Below are positions 1 through 11,259 of a DNA stretch of 64,000 nucleotides, in pieces. The notes beneath the pieces are model-generated. The model worked only from the letters and a program-made list of their open reading frames with translations, ran no database searches and had not been told where the DNA came from. The stretch is from Ginglymostoma cirratum (Eukaryota), in the NCBI GenBank assembly GCA_024137785.1, contig JAHRHZ010000099.1:12485466-12549465 (forward strand), written 5' to 3'. A program made the translations under genes and the position numbers. How positions within the stretch are numbered: position 1 is the stretch's first letter; the number at the start of each line of letters is the position of its first letter.

Positions 1-502
1 AATGGAATTGGAAGCTGCCCATGACCTACTGTGCCAGGACCATCACAGCAAAGGTCACCTCCCTTGACAAATTTGCCTGCTGATAGCAATGACAGCTTTG
101 TGTCTGTTTTAAATAGCAGGGCAAGACAAAAGTAACATGAACCCGCTAACTTTGGCTGAGAGAGCAGAGTGCACAAAGACAAGGTAAGGAATGCAAAGCA
201 CTATGCTGAGAGCAGCCTGGTAAGCTCAGAATGAGTCAGAAGTATGACAGCAATAGATGCAGCCTCGTGCAGTCCACAAGCTGGGTGTTAATCCTGAGAA
301 CAGAGTGTCCTTGCTACAGCATTACAATGATAGTTACAGATGCAGCCCAAGGTGAGGCCGATGCCCTGAAATGTAGCTGTCCAATGTCCAACATGGTGGA
401 TCCTTGGAGGAAGCAGTGAGCTGATCTTGCCAGATCTCCACCCTAACTTCCATCTCGAGATTGCTTCCTTTGCATGCTTGGTAAGACAGGAAGCTGTCTA
501 TA

Positions 503-826
503 GGGTGGCACGGTGGCTCAGTGGTTAGCACTGCTGCCTCACAGCGCCAGGAACCTGAATTCAATTTCATCCTCGGGTGACTGTCTGGTGGAGTTTGCAC
601 GTTCTCCCTGAGTCTGCATGGATTTCCTCCCGGTGTTCTGGTTTCCGCCCATAGTCCAAAGATGTGCTTGCTAGGTGGATTGGCCATGCTAAATTGCCCA
701 TAGTGCTTAGGGATGTGCAGATTAGGTGGGTTATAGGGGGATGGGTCTGGGTGGGATGCTCTGAGGGTCGGTGTGGACTTGCTGGGCCGAAGGGCCTGTT
801 TCCACATATAGGGATTCTATGATGAT
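503..826 (+). mobile_element. HE1-like tRNA-derived V-SINE
   Basis: tRNA-like head (GGTGGCTCAGTGGTTAGCAC, box B-like GAATTCAATT), central V-domain-like GGAGTTTGCACGTTCTCC...GGATTGGCCATGCTAAATTGCCC, CR1-type tail GGGCCGAAGGGCCTGTTTCC...GATTCTATGATG; four copies in window. Confidence 0.9.
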
Positions 827-1668
827 TACTGAGGTAGGTTTTGCCATTAATAAGGTATTTAACAAGTAATAATCCCCCTCAACTGGCAACTCACTGTTGC
901 CTAGTGGAAAACTTGCCTCGCCTCTCAGTAAAAGATGGAGCACAACGCTCCCGATGTTGCGATAGGCCTTACTCAGCTTTTTATCCAATTGGGCCACAAA
1001 TCTCACCATCACCTACACTGGGAGGTCTCACCCAACCTTATTTTTCTTCCAGGCCACTGGAGCCTACAGGACAAACAAAAAATGTGAACTGAAAGCAGTC
1101 CAGGCCATGCCGTACCAGTAGGATACGGTAAGGCAAGAAAAGTTGTAGCGTATATAACCGAAAGTCAAGATTGTCTGGATTATATTTTAAAGGCCTGCAT
1201 TGTGAGTGGAATAGGGTCTAAAGTAATGCTTTTACCAGCAGTGCAAATGATTTAAAAATGCCTGATGCAAAATTCAGCATTAACTTTATCTGACAAAGAA
1301 ATTTTGTCCTTGTTTTCTGCTTTCTGTTATGGGCACAGTCCGACCTTCTGAAAAGCAGAGCTACAGTAATGATTTATGGCTTGAAGTCTGTTTATGTTCT
1401 TTTTCATCTGTCTTTAGAACCTTGCACATATATTGAGTTACTCCATTCTCCAAATGACTAATAGTGGTCTCCAGTACGTACCACTGTCAGAGAGCAATTA
1501 TGTAAAGTGCTTTAACTGCAGTTCAAGGTTTAAGATAAAGGAGCAAATGGAGGAAAATGGAAGCACCTGCTTGTTAAACATATGCAAGTTTATACTTTGG
1601 ATTCAGATTTTATTCCAAAGCAGCCTATTCTATTGATGTGGGACAAATGGAGCTTCCCATCTATTAAC

Positions 1669-2019
1669 GGGTGGCATGGTGACTCAGTGGCTAGTCTTGT
1701 TGCTTCACAGTGCCAGGAACACGGGTTTTATTTCTACCTTGGGTGACCATCAATGTGGAGTTTTCACATTCTCCCCATGTATGCATGGGTTTACTCCGGG
1801 TGCCCCAGTTTCCTCCCACAGCCCAAAGATTTTAGGTGGATTGGCCACATTAAATTGCCAGTGGTGTTCGGGGATGTGTAGGTTAGCTGGGTTAACCATG
1901 GGAAATGCAGGTTTACAGGGATATAGTAGGGGGATGGTGCATGTGGATGGTATGCTCTTTGGAGGGTCGATGTGGTCTTGATGGGCCAAATGGCCTGCTC
2001 CCACACTAAGTATTCTATA
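1669..2019 (+). mobile_element. HE1-like V-SINE, diverged copy
   Basis: Colinear with 503-826 over head, core and tail. Confidence 0.88.
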
Positions 2020-2769
2020 AACTGGCTCCTGCAGCTGTCTGAACCTCCCAGTACAAGCAATGTAATTGTGGTACAGTATTAGTTTTTCACTGGCTATTTA
2101 ACTATAGTATATTGTAACCATTTCTTTGAATGCTATTTGTCATTCATAGACCAACTTATCTGTGAACATTCTTTTGGAGTGTGCACTTGATTTGTTTTTC
2201 TGTGCGGTCCCTTTAAGTACACAGCTGCACATATGTGCTAAGTTAATGGGCTTGATTTGTGCTTAACCCGCTGAGAAACCTTTGGGCCATTGCCACACAT
2301 TCAGAGGGAACACAGATACAGACGTGCCAAGCTAAATTCTTGACCCACTCCTCTCTTCGAGAAGCCCTGTGATAAGTTGAGAATTGATGTATTTATTAAA
2401 TATTATTACTTCCATTAATTGTCAATGAAATGCTTCTGTAAACAATAACTAAACTCTGAATGCTGAGAAGGTTTATTGCAGAGACTGGCTGATAAGGAAA
2501 ACCTACTTTCTTATTAATTTGTGTAGTGTGGAATAAGATATGCACTAATTATTTATTGAATTATGTACTTCTTGGTGCTCCTTATAGACGGCGTCAATGG
2601 ATAAACTAATTTATTCATTCATACTGGGGAAGTGTTCCCAGTAGAAAGTACACCATCAGCAATTATGACTAAAATAATGAGTAAAAATATTTTCACCTCT
2701 AGAATCTGAAATGGCTACCTTAGAGCTACCTCGCAGCAAAACAACACGACAAACTTTCCCTCAACTCAG

Positions 2770-3220
2770 TGCACTGGGACAATGGAGGCCATCAACTTAA
2801 CTGGGACAACATGACCGTCTTGGCTCAAGCCAACCACAGACACACACAGGAGTTCCTAAAGGCCCAGTTTTCAACCCGTAATGCAATAAACAAACATGTG
2901 GAATTAGAGATAACAAGGTGTGGAGCTGGATGAACACAGCAGGCCAAGCAGCATCATAGGAGCAGGAAAGCTTGACATTTCGGGCCTAGACCCTTCATCA
3001 GAAAATGATTTAGACTTAGACCCCATTTACAAACCCACGCAAAAAAAAACCGGAAATGACACAACCCAACTTAATGGACTGGATCATATAAATACCAAGT
3101 GGAGTAGAACAACATTGCTTCTTCGGAGGCCGCACTGATGATGTTACTAAGCATGGTGACAGAGCATCTGTACAATAACCAGCCAGCTCGGTGAGCAAGC
3201 CAACCATGTCGACCACCTTA
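2770..3220 (+). mobile_element. Penelope-like family B 3' fragment (GIY-YIG C-terminus plus terminus), interrupted at 2907-3005
   Basis: Aligns by eye with 49290-49610 (AACTGGGACAAC...AATAAACA...GACCCCAT...CCGGAA...CACTGATGATGTTAC...CCAGCTCGG). Confidence 0.8.
2907..3005 (-). mobile_element. ~100-bp PLE family A terminal module with hammerhead motif
   Basis: Near-identical to the termini at 13984 and 47785; minus strand reads TTTCTGATGAAGGGTCTAGGCCCGAAATGTCAAG. Confidence 0.85.
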
Positions 3221-3369
3221 GAAGCTGATTTTACTACTTGAGGACAAATTACACCCCCAAAAGACAACGTGCAATGTTTGCTCCACAAATGTTGTTCTGT
3301 GCTGATGTTCACAGGAGAGTGACACCACCTCATCAAGTATCGCATTGCTGGTTTTGCAGATCCATAACC

Positions 3370-3820
3370 CTAGAGTTATACAATGGTTACAGCACAAAAG
3401 GAGATATTTCGACCCATTGTGTCCTCTACAGAGCAATTCCCCCAGTGCCACTGCCTTACCTTTCCCACAGCCCTGCAAAGTCTTCCTTTCCGATGAGTAA
3501 CATGATTGAATTTGCTCCTACTTCACTCTTAGACACTCTCAGCTGATTCGCCATCTTCACCTGACCATACTGGTATCTTCTGGTACAGTGTAAACAGGGC
3601 AAGCTCAAAACACATATTACGGAACTTTTCAGTGGAGCAGTAGAATTCTACAATTTAAATTGTCCACATCTCTCGACATGCCAGATCTTAACCATTCACT
3701 GCATTAAAAAATGATTTTTCCTTGTGTTTACATTGCTTTTTTTTTGACAATTACCACAGTTCTGTGTCTTCTGGCTCTAGATGCTCTCACCAATGGAAGA
3801 AATTAATCTCTGTCTATTCC
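3370..3820 (-). mobile_element. Degraded CR1 LINE 3' fragment, split by a 130-bp insertion at 3541-3671
   Basis: Resembles other minus-strand CR1 3' ends here (ACAGCACAAAAGGAG...CCAGATCTTAACCA...). Confidence 0.55.
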
Positions 3821-4005
3821 AAAACAAAATGAAAATATTTGTTGTTAGTGACCATGACAGAGTTAAAATCAGGGGAGCTGATTCTCCCTCCTCACCTGAC
3901 CATAATAGCATCATTTGGTGTAGTATAAATAGGGCCAGCTCAAAGTACATATTACAGAACTGTTTCAGTGGAGCAGTAGAATTCTACAACATAAATTCTC
4001 CATCT
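3541..4005. repeat. Local direct repeat of ~130 bp (3541-3671 and 3876-4005)
   Basis: Both copies read AGCTGATTC...TCACCTGACCATA...AGCTCAAA...TTTCAGTGGAGCAGTAGAATTCTACAA. Confidence 0.9.
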
Positions 4006-6194
4006 TTTTTGTTCGGATTCTTCTACTTTGTCAATAAGCATTCAATTCATCGCTCTTAATATAAGAACCTAAACAGGAGTTTGGAAACTATTCCACTGCA
4101 GGGGAATTGCAAATAATTTCAATCCTGTCCATACCTGATGTAAACGAACACATTTCCAGAATTAATCATTTGATCAGTAACAAGAACCTTGCCCCTGAAT
4201 TCCGTTTAGGTTTTGGAATCGCGTTATTTGGCAAAGAGAAAATTTCTACTGCTCAACTAAAGATAATTCTGCCATTTGTTTATTTGTTGGCACATTTCCA
4301 ACAGAATCCAACAGCGAGGCAAAGTATTTGCACAAACACCAAAAAAATGAGGTCTTTTTTGGAGGCAGACTCCACTGATAGATAATTCTGAATCTTGTTT
4401 GCCTTGCTTGATTTAATCCTCCCAATGTCCAGGATTTGCTGGTGGCAGTTTTTCATGATACCAGTACTCTAGTGGATAGGAGAATGGGAAATGATGTAAA
4501 TGTAATATGTCTATTTCCATGTGGTAAAGTGGGAGTGAAAGCATTGGGATATCTACTGCTTTGCTATCCTTTTTCCTGATGCATTAAAATGGGGGATGGG
4601 GGTGAGCTGGGGGTGGTGCTGTGGGCAGTTATGTGACCAAGAGATTGATTTCATTAGAAGCTTGAAGGTGCTGACATTCTGAGGTATTTGTGTTCTTGAC
4701 AATTGGTGGGAACAGTGACTGAAGGTTCCATTTTCTTTATGATTATGTGGATCACTTTGATCAAGCATCATTTTCATAATTGGATGGAGAGAACTCACTT
4801 CACAGATATAATTCATTTGATGTGTTTGAGCGACTCTGCACCCCAGTATGTCTTTGTTAATTCACCTTATTTCCTTGCCATGTTTTACAAGTATAGAAAT
4901 AAATGATCAAAGTTTCTTTATGGATGGGGACAAAGCAGAAAAAATCCCCTAACACAAACGTGTAATAATAGAATCGGTGCCCAACAAAACATAACTAAAA
5001 TCGAAAATTCTTAGCGTCTACAATACATCTGGAACAATTTTAGAAGTCAACTTCTGGTTGATTTATTTGAATATTTTAAAGTATGTTGGATTTAGGAGAC
5101 TCCAAATGAAGAATTTTTTCAAGTGATTTATTTCAAAGAAAAGGACAAATTTTAAAATTGTGTTCTGTTGTAGATATAATATGTACATCAAAACTGTGGT
5201 CTCACTGATGGAAAATTATTGAGGAAATTTTTCCTGAGCGTGCTGTAGGACATTTGTAACAGTAGACTTGATTATTTAAAAGGTAAAAGACTGTCTGGTT
5301 TTGTTGTTGTTCAGTGTGTTGCCAGGTTACTGACATTGCAGAACTTTCAAAATGTCAGAATGCCCTTCACCTAATATAACGTTAACAGTTACAGTTTGCT
5401 AGTATCTATACATTTCAACAGAGTTACAGAATTCATATCTGAACACAGCAATTTAGTGTGAAATAAATCATGCTATGATATCAAACTATGCTACGTACAA
5501 AGCTTAAGACAAGTGTGTAGCACAGGCTCCACGGCTTCTCCCATAATGTGGTATTTAGACCAGGTAATTATTTGTATTAGAACTGCCTATCTTCCCTCCC
5601 ATTATTCACGCACGTGGTAACTTTTACTGGGAGGGTGGCTCTGCTCCTTCATACTTATGGTTCTGTTCAGTTTGTGCACCTACATTACAAAGGTAGGTTC
5701 ACTTTTTATCTATGAGAGGGATGGACCAGCAGACCCTGGTCATGTTCATTCCTAACAAGCATTCAAGTGGAATTTATCAGAAAGGGTCAATGATGGAACT
5801 CACCCGCCGAAGCCCATTAGATCTGTAATCAATTATAGTACCCCAATGCAGTACCAGCTGAGCTAAGATAAATATCGTCCAGGGAATCACATTGCTTTGT
5901 TTGGTTCAGGCCCAAATTGAGGAAGTTTTGCTAAGCACAGAGGTGGTATCAGACACTAACTCCTATCACAAAGGATTTCCCTGGTGGCATTTCCTCTTAC
6001 AGAATTTTACGGGCTGGGAAGCACACTTTAAAAGTTCGTTCTTCCTTTTAAAGTTTGAAGGATTATGTCATCACTTTTAAGATGCACAGAAAATATTGTA
6101 GTTCTGTTGCATTGTGTGTGCAAACTATTTATGGAAATTTGTAATGTCCCCAGGTCAAAGTTTTGAGGTGTATGAATTATTGAATCATGGTCTT

Positions 6195-6712
6195 AGAGTC
6201 AGAGAGTCATAGCAATCCACAGCACAGAAAAAGGCCCTTCAGCCCATCGCATCCAGTCTAACCTCATTTTCCAGCACTTGGCCCATAGCCTTGGCATCAC
6301 AGGACCACATCTGATTACTACTTAATGGTTATGAAGCTTTCTGCCTATACCACCCTTATAGATAGTGAGTTCCAGATTCCCACCATCCTCTGGGTGAGAA
6401 GGTTTTCCTCTCATCTCCTCTAAACCTTCTGCTGCTTGCCTTAAACCTATGTCCTTGGTCGGTGATCCCTCTATCAAGGGGAAATGTTTATTCCTGTTTA
6501 TCTGCATAAGCCCCTCATAATTTTATACATCTCAATCATGATCCCTATTAATCTCCTCTGTTCTAAGAAAAACAACCCAAGTCGGTCCAATCTCACTTCA
6601 TAACTGAAACTCTCCAGCCCAGGTAACATTCTGGTAAATCTCCTCTGCACCTTTTCCAGTGCAAACACATGCATCTTGTATTGTGGATTCCAGAACTGCA
6701 CACAATAATCTC
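6195..6712 (-). mobile_element. CR1/HER1-like LINE 3' fragment
   Basis: ORF 6498..6773 contains YCVQFWNPQY...LEKVQRRFTRMLPGL...YEVRLDRLGLF, the CR1 ORF2 C-terminus. Confidence 0.92.
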
Positions 6713-7179
6713 CATGATGCAACAATCCACCATGAGTGTATGTCATAGTTTGATGTCTGCACCTGCTGGGCAAACATGGAACAGAAAAGCTTTTATCCCT
6801 CTATAGTAACTTCATTTTTATTTATGTGAAATATTGTTCAGGCATCTCACATTTACCAAATGTACATTTAAAGAGTTGGCTTGATTTCAAAGATAATCTT
6901 TACCATATTTTGTATCAGCGATAGGGAACACAGTCACTGCTATGAGATGCTGTAATTTCACCAATCACAACTGCCATCAGGAATGACATTCTTTCTTTCT
7001 GTCAATTTCTGTCTTTCATCTGAAAGGCACTCTTTGCGAGGATATGATTTATAACAGCTTCTGGTTATGCTCTGCAATTTCCATTGAGTGGTATAAAGCA
7101 CATGGCAGGCTGGTTGACCATGGAGGCATCATGCCAAATATATCAATCCTCACATCACCTCACAAACCAATTGTATTAA

Positions 7180-7290
7180 ATTGGGAGTAGGATGCTCAAG
7201 TTGCGCAACTAGCCATGATCATGGTGAAGGGTGGTGCAGGCTCGAAGATTCAAATGGCCTACTTCTGCACCTATTTTCTATGTTTCTACC
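7180..7290 (+). mobile_element. CR1-group LINE extreme 3' end
   Basis: GCCATGATC...GCAGGCTCGAAG...ATGGCCTACTTCTGCACCTATTTTCTATGTTTCTA; similar tail at ~38620-38700. Confidence 0.6.
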
Positions 7291-7828
7291 CCTGGTAGAA
7301 CACTTAAACACTTCTATTAGGAGAAATCTAAAGTGGGATTTTCTCATTCGGAACCTGGAGTCAAATCAGCAGCTGGCCTCACTCCCACACTTTACATCTT
7401 CTCCTTCACTTCACCAGCTCAGAGTGCTAACTCCCTACAGAATACAAGTTGAAACTTGGAATTGTTTGTCTGTTTGGCTCATTATCACACTCATTCATTT
7501 ATCACTGAGTCAATGGATATTTTTGAAATTTCAACCTGGCTTTGCCATGGCTGCCAACATTACAAATGTCTGTTTCAGATTAGTCTCAAAGATTTGTTCA
7601 CCAGATACATTTCCACTGAGACACAAATATGTGTCTAAAACCAAAATGCTTCTTTTGTACCCTATTTATTTGTTAAAGTACTATGTCTATCAGTTATTCA
7701 CTTCATGCAGAATAAGAGCTAGAATTCTAGCTTGTTTAAAAATATGTGAAAACTGTTTGGAATTGACAGCATGCTATCCTGTGTGGCTTGCTTATCATGC
7801 CTCTGAAACCATAGAGGAAATAAATGTA

Positions 7829-8056
7829 TGTAATAATTGGAATGAGGTCAGCCAGGTGGATCCATAGAATATGAGTTCCCTGATTGGGTCTGTAAACCTG
7901 GTCCAATCAGGGAGTCCTGACTGACAGACATAAACAGGGATGTCAGGGATTCTGTTCACTCTAGGAGCTGGCTCTGAGCTAGTTTAGGTCAATGTCATGT
8001 AATATGCAGATGTAAATAAAGGATGAGGGGGTACTGGCCTTCATGGAGTTATTTCA
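7829..8056 (+). mobile_element. Solo LTR (Gypsy-like), 228 bp
   Basis: TG...CA ends, perfect 5-bp TSD ATGTA (7824-7828 and 8057-8061), internal AATAAA; related copy inverted at 55091-55284. Confidence 0.85.
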
Positions 8057-10993
8057 ATGTACTCTTTCATTTCCCAGTAGTTTATTGGGAACTTTGTGAG
8101 GATAAAACTAAGATCACTGGGGTCAGATTAGGGTCAGTCAGCCAGTTAGTCAGCAAGTGAGGAGTCGTGAAGAAAACAATATCAATAAATACCAGTTAAG
8201 TATTTACGCTGCAAGTTTGAAGTGTCAGTATTCTGTGTGAGAAAGGCAAACCTTTGAAGGAAAAAATGGTGATTCAGATCAGCTTAAAATATATTTTCCT
8301 TATCACATGTAACTGTAGCTTTAATGGTTTCAATAATCTTTTTCTGTTCTTGGCATTGATATTATTAGGTTCATGATTGATTGTCTCTTCTTTCAACCTT
8401 AAACAGTAACCAACCCTCTCCCATTGCTAAGTACAACTATTCTGTCAATGATCCTTGGCAAGAAAGTCCTGCAAGCTGTCCAGGAGAAATGATTTACAAA
8501 CAAAAAAGCAAATTTGGCAAATGCACGCAGAGAATGCAAAATGAAAAATGTTCTTCTGTCATTGTCTACCAGAATTATGGCATACTCCTTAGAAGCACAG
8601 TAGCTGAAGTAATTAAAATCAACTGACCTCACTGGTTCACCTCACCTCAGATTTGGGCGCCAGGACTTTATCACTTAGAAAGTGGGTGATTCTACCAAAA
8701 GCTTGGTGGAATTTACGGGCAACCTGGTATCTCTCAAACAGATTTAAGACAGGCTGGAGAAAAGCCTCATGGTCTTCCGAAGGCAGCCGATAGTGCTTGG
8801 AGATTCTCAAAGGTTGTTTACTCTTCGAGTATTTTGCACATTCCAGGTTTCACAGAATTATGTGCACAGAAATTACAATACAGGAACAATCTGTTTGGTT
8901 CAATAGTCCAAGAGTGTCTGTATTCCATACACACCTCCTCCTAACCTACTTCAATCTACCTTTTCAATGTAACCTAACAGCCTTTTCTCCATTATTTTCT
9001 TACCAAGCTTCCCCTTAACTGAGTCTATACTGTTTGCCTCAAATGCCCCTTGAGGTGGCAAGCCCTACATTGAGCCAGGTTTGTACTTTTGAAAGTGTAG
9101 CTAAATGGAGTGAATGGAAAATGAATATTGTATTAACATGTTACAGCTAAATACTTTTGCTTCACATCTCCAGTTCTCCATGTGTCATGCAAAATGATAA
9201 ATTCCAACAGACAACGCAGAATGTCTGTCACTTGGAGTTTTACTCAGATCCTTCTCTAAATGCTCCCTAACAGAGAATACAACATGTCTTCCAGTGACAG
9301 GAGTTTTACCAGTGTTTCCTCAATATCGGTTTGTCATTTACTTCATAACTGCATGATTACAAAACTTCCTTTTGTAATCTGCTAGCAAGAGAAGATCCCT
9401 TAGCCTCAGAACCTGACACCACTCCACCAACTGCCACAATCCACACCCACCAAACCCACATCCTCCCTTTAATTCAAAGAACTCACACCTTTGTGCCTAT
9501 ATGAATAGCTTTTATTACATTTCATAACAAACTGGTATATTCAGAACTAATAATTTGGTGAAGTGTAAACTGCAGCTATTAAGTTTTAACCAAGTTTGTG
9601 CATTTGAAAGGACTGCACGTATTATGTTGTGTTTTACGATTTTCTCATGGGATGTATTTGTTTGTCACAGAGACTAGCTTTTGCTCCACTGAGGGTAGAC
9701 AACATTCCTTGGCTTCAGTCAGGAGAAATTGTTATTTATTGGCAATCTGTAAGGGCCAATTACATAGTAACCATTGTACACCACTCCGGTCCACAAATGA
9801 TTTTACTTGTGATAAATTACATCAAGCCTATAATGTGCTGCTGGACTGATTAGGGCTGATTTCCTCATGAAGTTGAGCAACATACAGTGTGTTCACAATG
9901 TCTATGATGTGAGGAGTCTGCTCCATTTCCCAGGACCCTTTGCATGATTAAGACATTATAGGCCCACTCCAATGGACTATGACAGCTCTCACTGTGCGAT
10001 CATTGTGATTGCTACAAATGGTGGGACAAGGAGGGACTGCAGCTTGCAATAACCTACGTGACATTGATGTAAGGTCATTGGAGACATCTAAGATCAGGGT
10101 TTTATCACTCAATGACTAGGCTTCCAAAAAACAAGCAGCAGCCTTGTCATTTGCTACCAGGCTTTGAACTGATGAGACTCTTACCTCCTCAGGGTTTAAA
10201 GCAAGGATTGTGTAAAAAGTGCCCTCCACCCCCATGATGAGGATGTAAGAGAATGCAGGACTAAGAAACTTGAGGGGCATGATAAGGGAGAACAGGGGAG
10301 ACTTAGCAGAGAAAAAGGATAATTCTGTAGAACTAGAATGTGAAAACCCTTAAAACGCAATATACTATTGTTGTTTGAACATACCGATCAGTCAGTAATC
10401 CTTCCAAAGTTAGCCTAACTAACATGCAATAGTAATTGTTTTATTTCATTGCTCACCACTTAGTGGCAGTGGTTAACTCACCCTAAGAGCCTACTTTCAG
10501 CAAAAGTGCATGTAGGAAGGAATGATCAAGAAGTGAGACTAATGTGAGATCATCTCATTTTCTGCAACCCAAGCCACCAACTCCAAAAGTCCAACTTCCC
10601 TCTAGACAGTCAGGAAAATTCTAGACTATGTTGCAGATCAATGACTTTTTCTCATCTTGGTGGTTTACTTGCAGACCCAGGGTTCGGCAGCTATGTTCAA
10701 TGATCCAGAGACTTACCACATTGTAAATAATTCAGCAGTGAATGTAAGATTCTTGACAAAAAGTGCAAAACATAATCAAAGTGGTTAATGAAGACTTTCC
10801 TTGAGACTGGGATACAAATTACATTATGCAGCTTGTTGAGTATTCTTTGTATAAGATGAATTTGAGAAATTATTTTTGTATTTATTTTTAAAATGTGGAT
10901 CATGTATGATTTATCTAAAGCTCCTACCCAATTTCAAAGTGTTAAAAACTTAATCTGCTACATCTATAATGAAACAAGGTCCAATTATAATAA

Positions 10994-11091
10994 GAGATAA
11001 CAAGCATGGGGCTGGATGAACACAGCAGGTCAAGCAGCATCATAGGAGCAGGAAAACTTGACGTTTCGGGCCTAAACCCTTCATCAGAAAT
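10994..11091 (-). mobile_element. ~100-bp solo PLE family A terminal module
   Basis: Nearly identical to 47785-47882; no other element sequence attached. Confidence 0.88.
11057..11090 (-). ncRNA. Minimal type I hammerhead ribozyme motif, intact core
   Basis: Minus strand UUU-CUGAUGA-A-GGGU(UUAG)GCCC-GAAAC-GUC-AAG. Confidence 0.75.
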
Positions 11092-11259
11092 CAGGTCAGT
11101 TTTTATTGGTTGATCAAAAGGGCTGCAGGCTTTATTTTCAACTAATCAGAATGTAGGGTTGAATCGTACAATTTTTTTTGGTTAGTTTGAGTTGTATCAA
11201 GTTTTTCTGGAGGCTTTATGCCATGAAGCCTAGTCAGTTTTCTCACTGTATCAAACCAA

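Noticed and set aside
503-580. tRNA genes at SINE heads (also 1669, 27120, 30020, 38210)
   Set aside because: The tRNA-like parts continue into SINE bodies and lack a complete cloverleaf
3132-3170. Functional hammerhead in the oldest family B copy
   Set aside because: The GAAA core is destroyed (reads ACAGAGC); counted only as a fossil motif
3541-4005. CRISPR-like or other regularly spaced repeat array
   Set aside because: Only pairs of repeats, no regular spacers, no cas genes, and a eukaryotic context
7181-7867. 228-aa ORF
   Set aside because: Spans a LINE tail, old repeat-like sequence and an LTR start; no domain; non-ATG start
10450-10470. Second CTCF-like word
   Set aside because: Mismatches at key core positions
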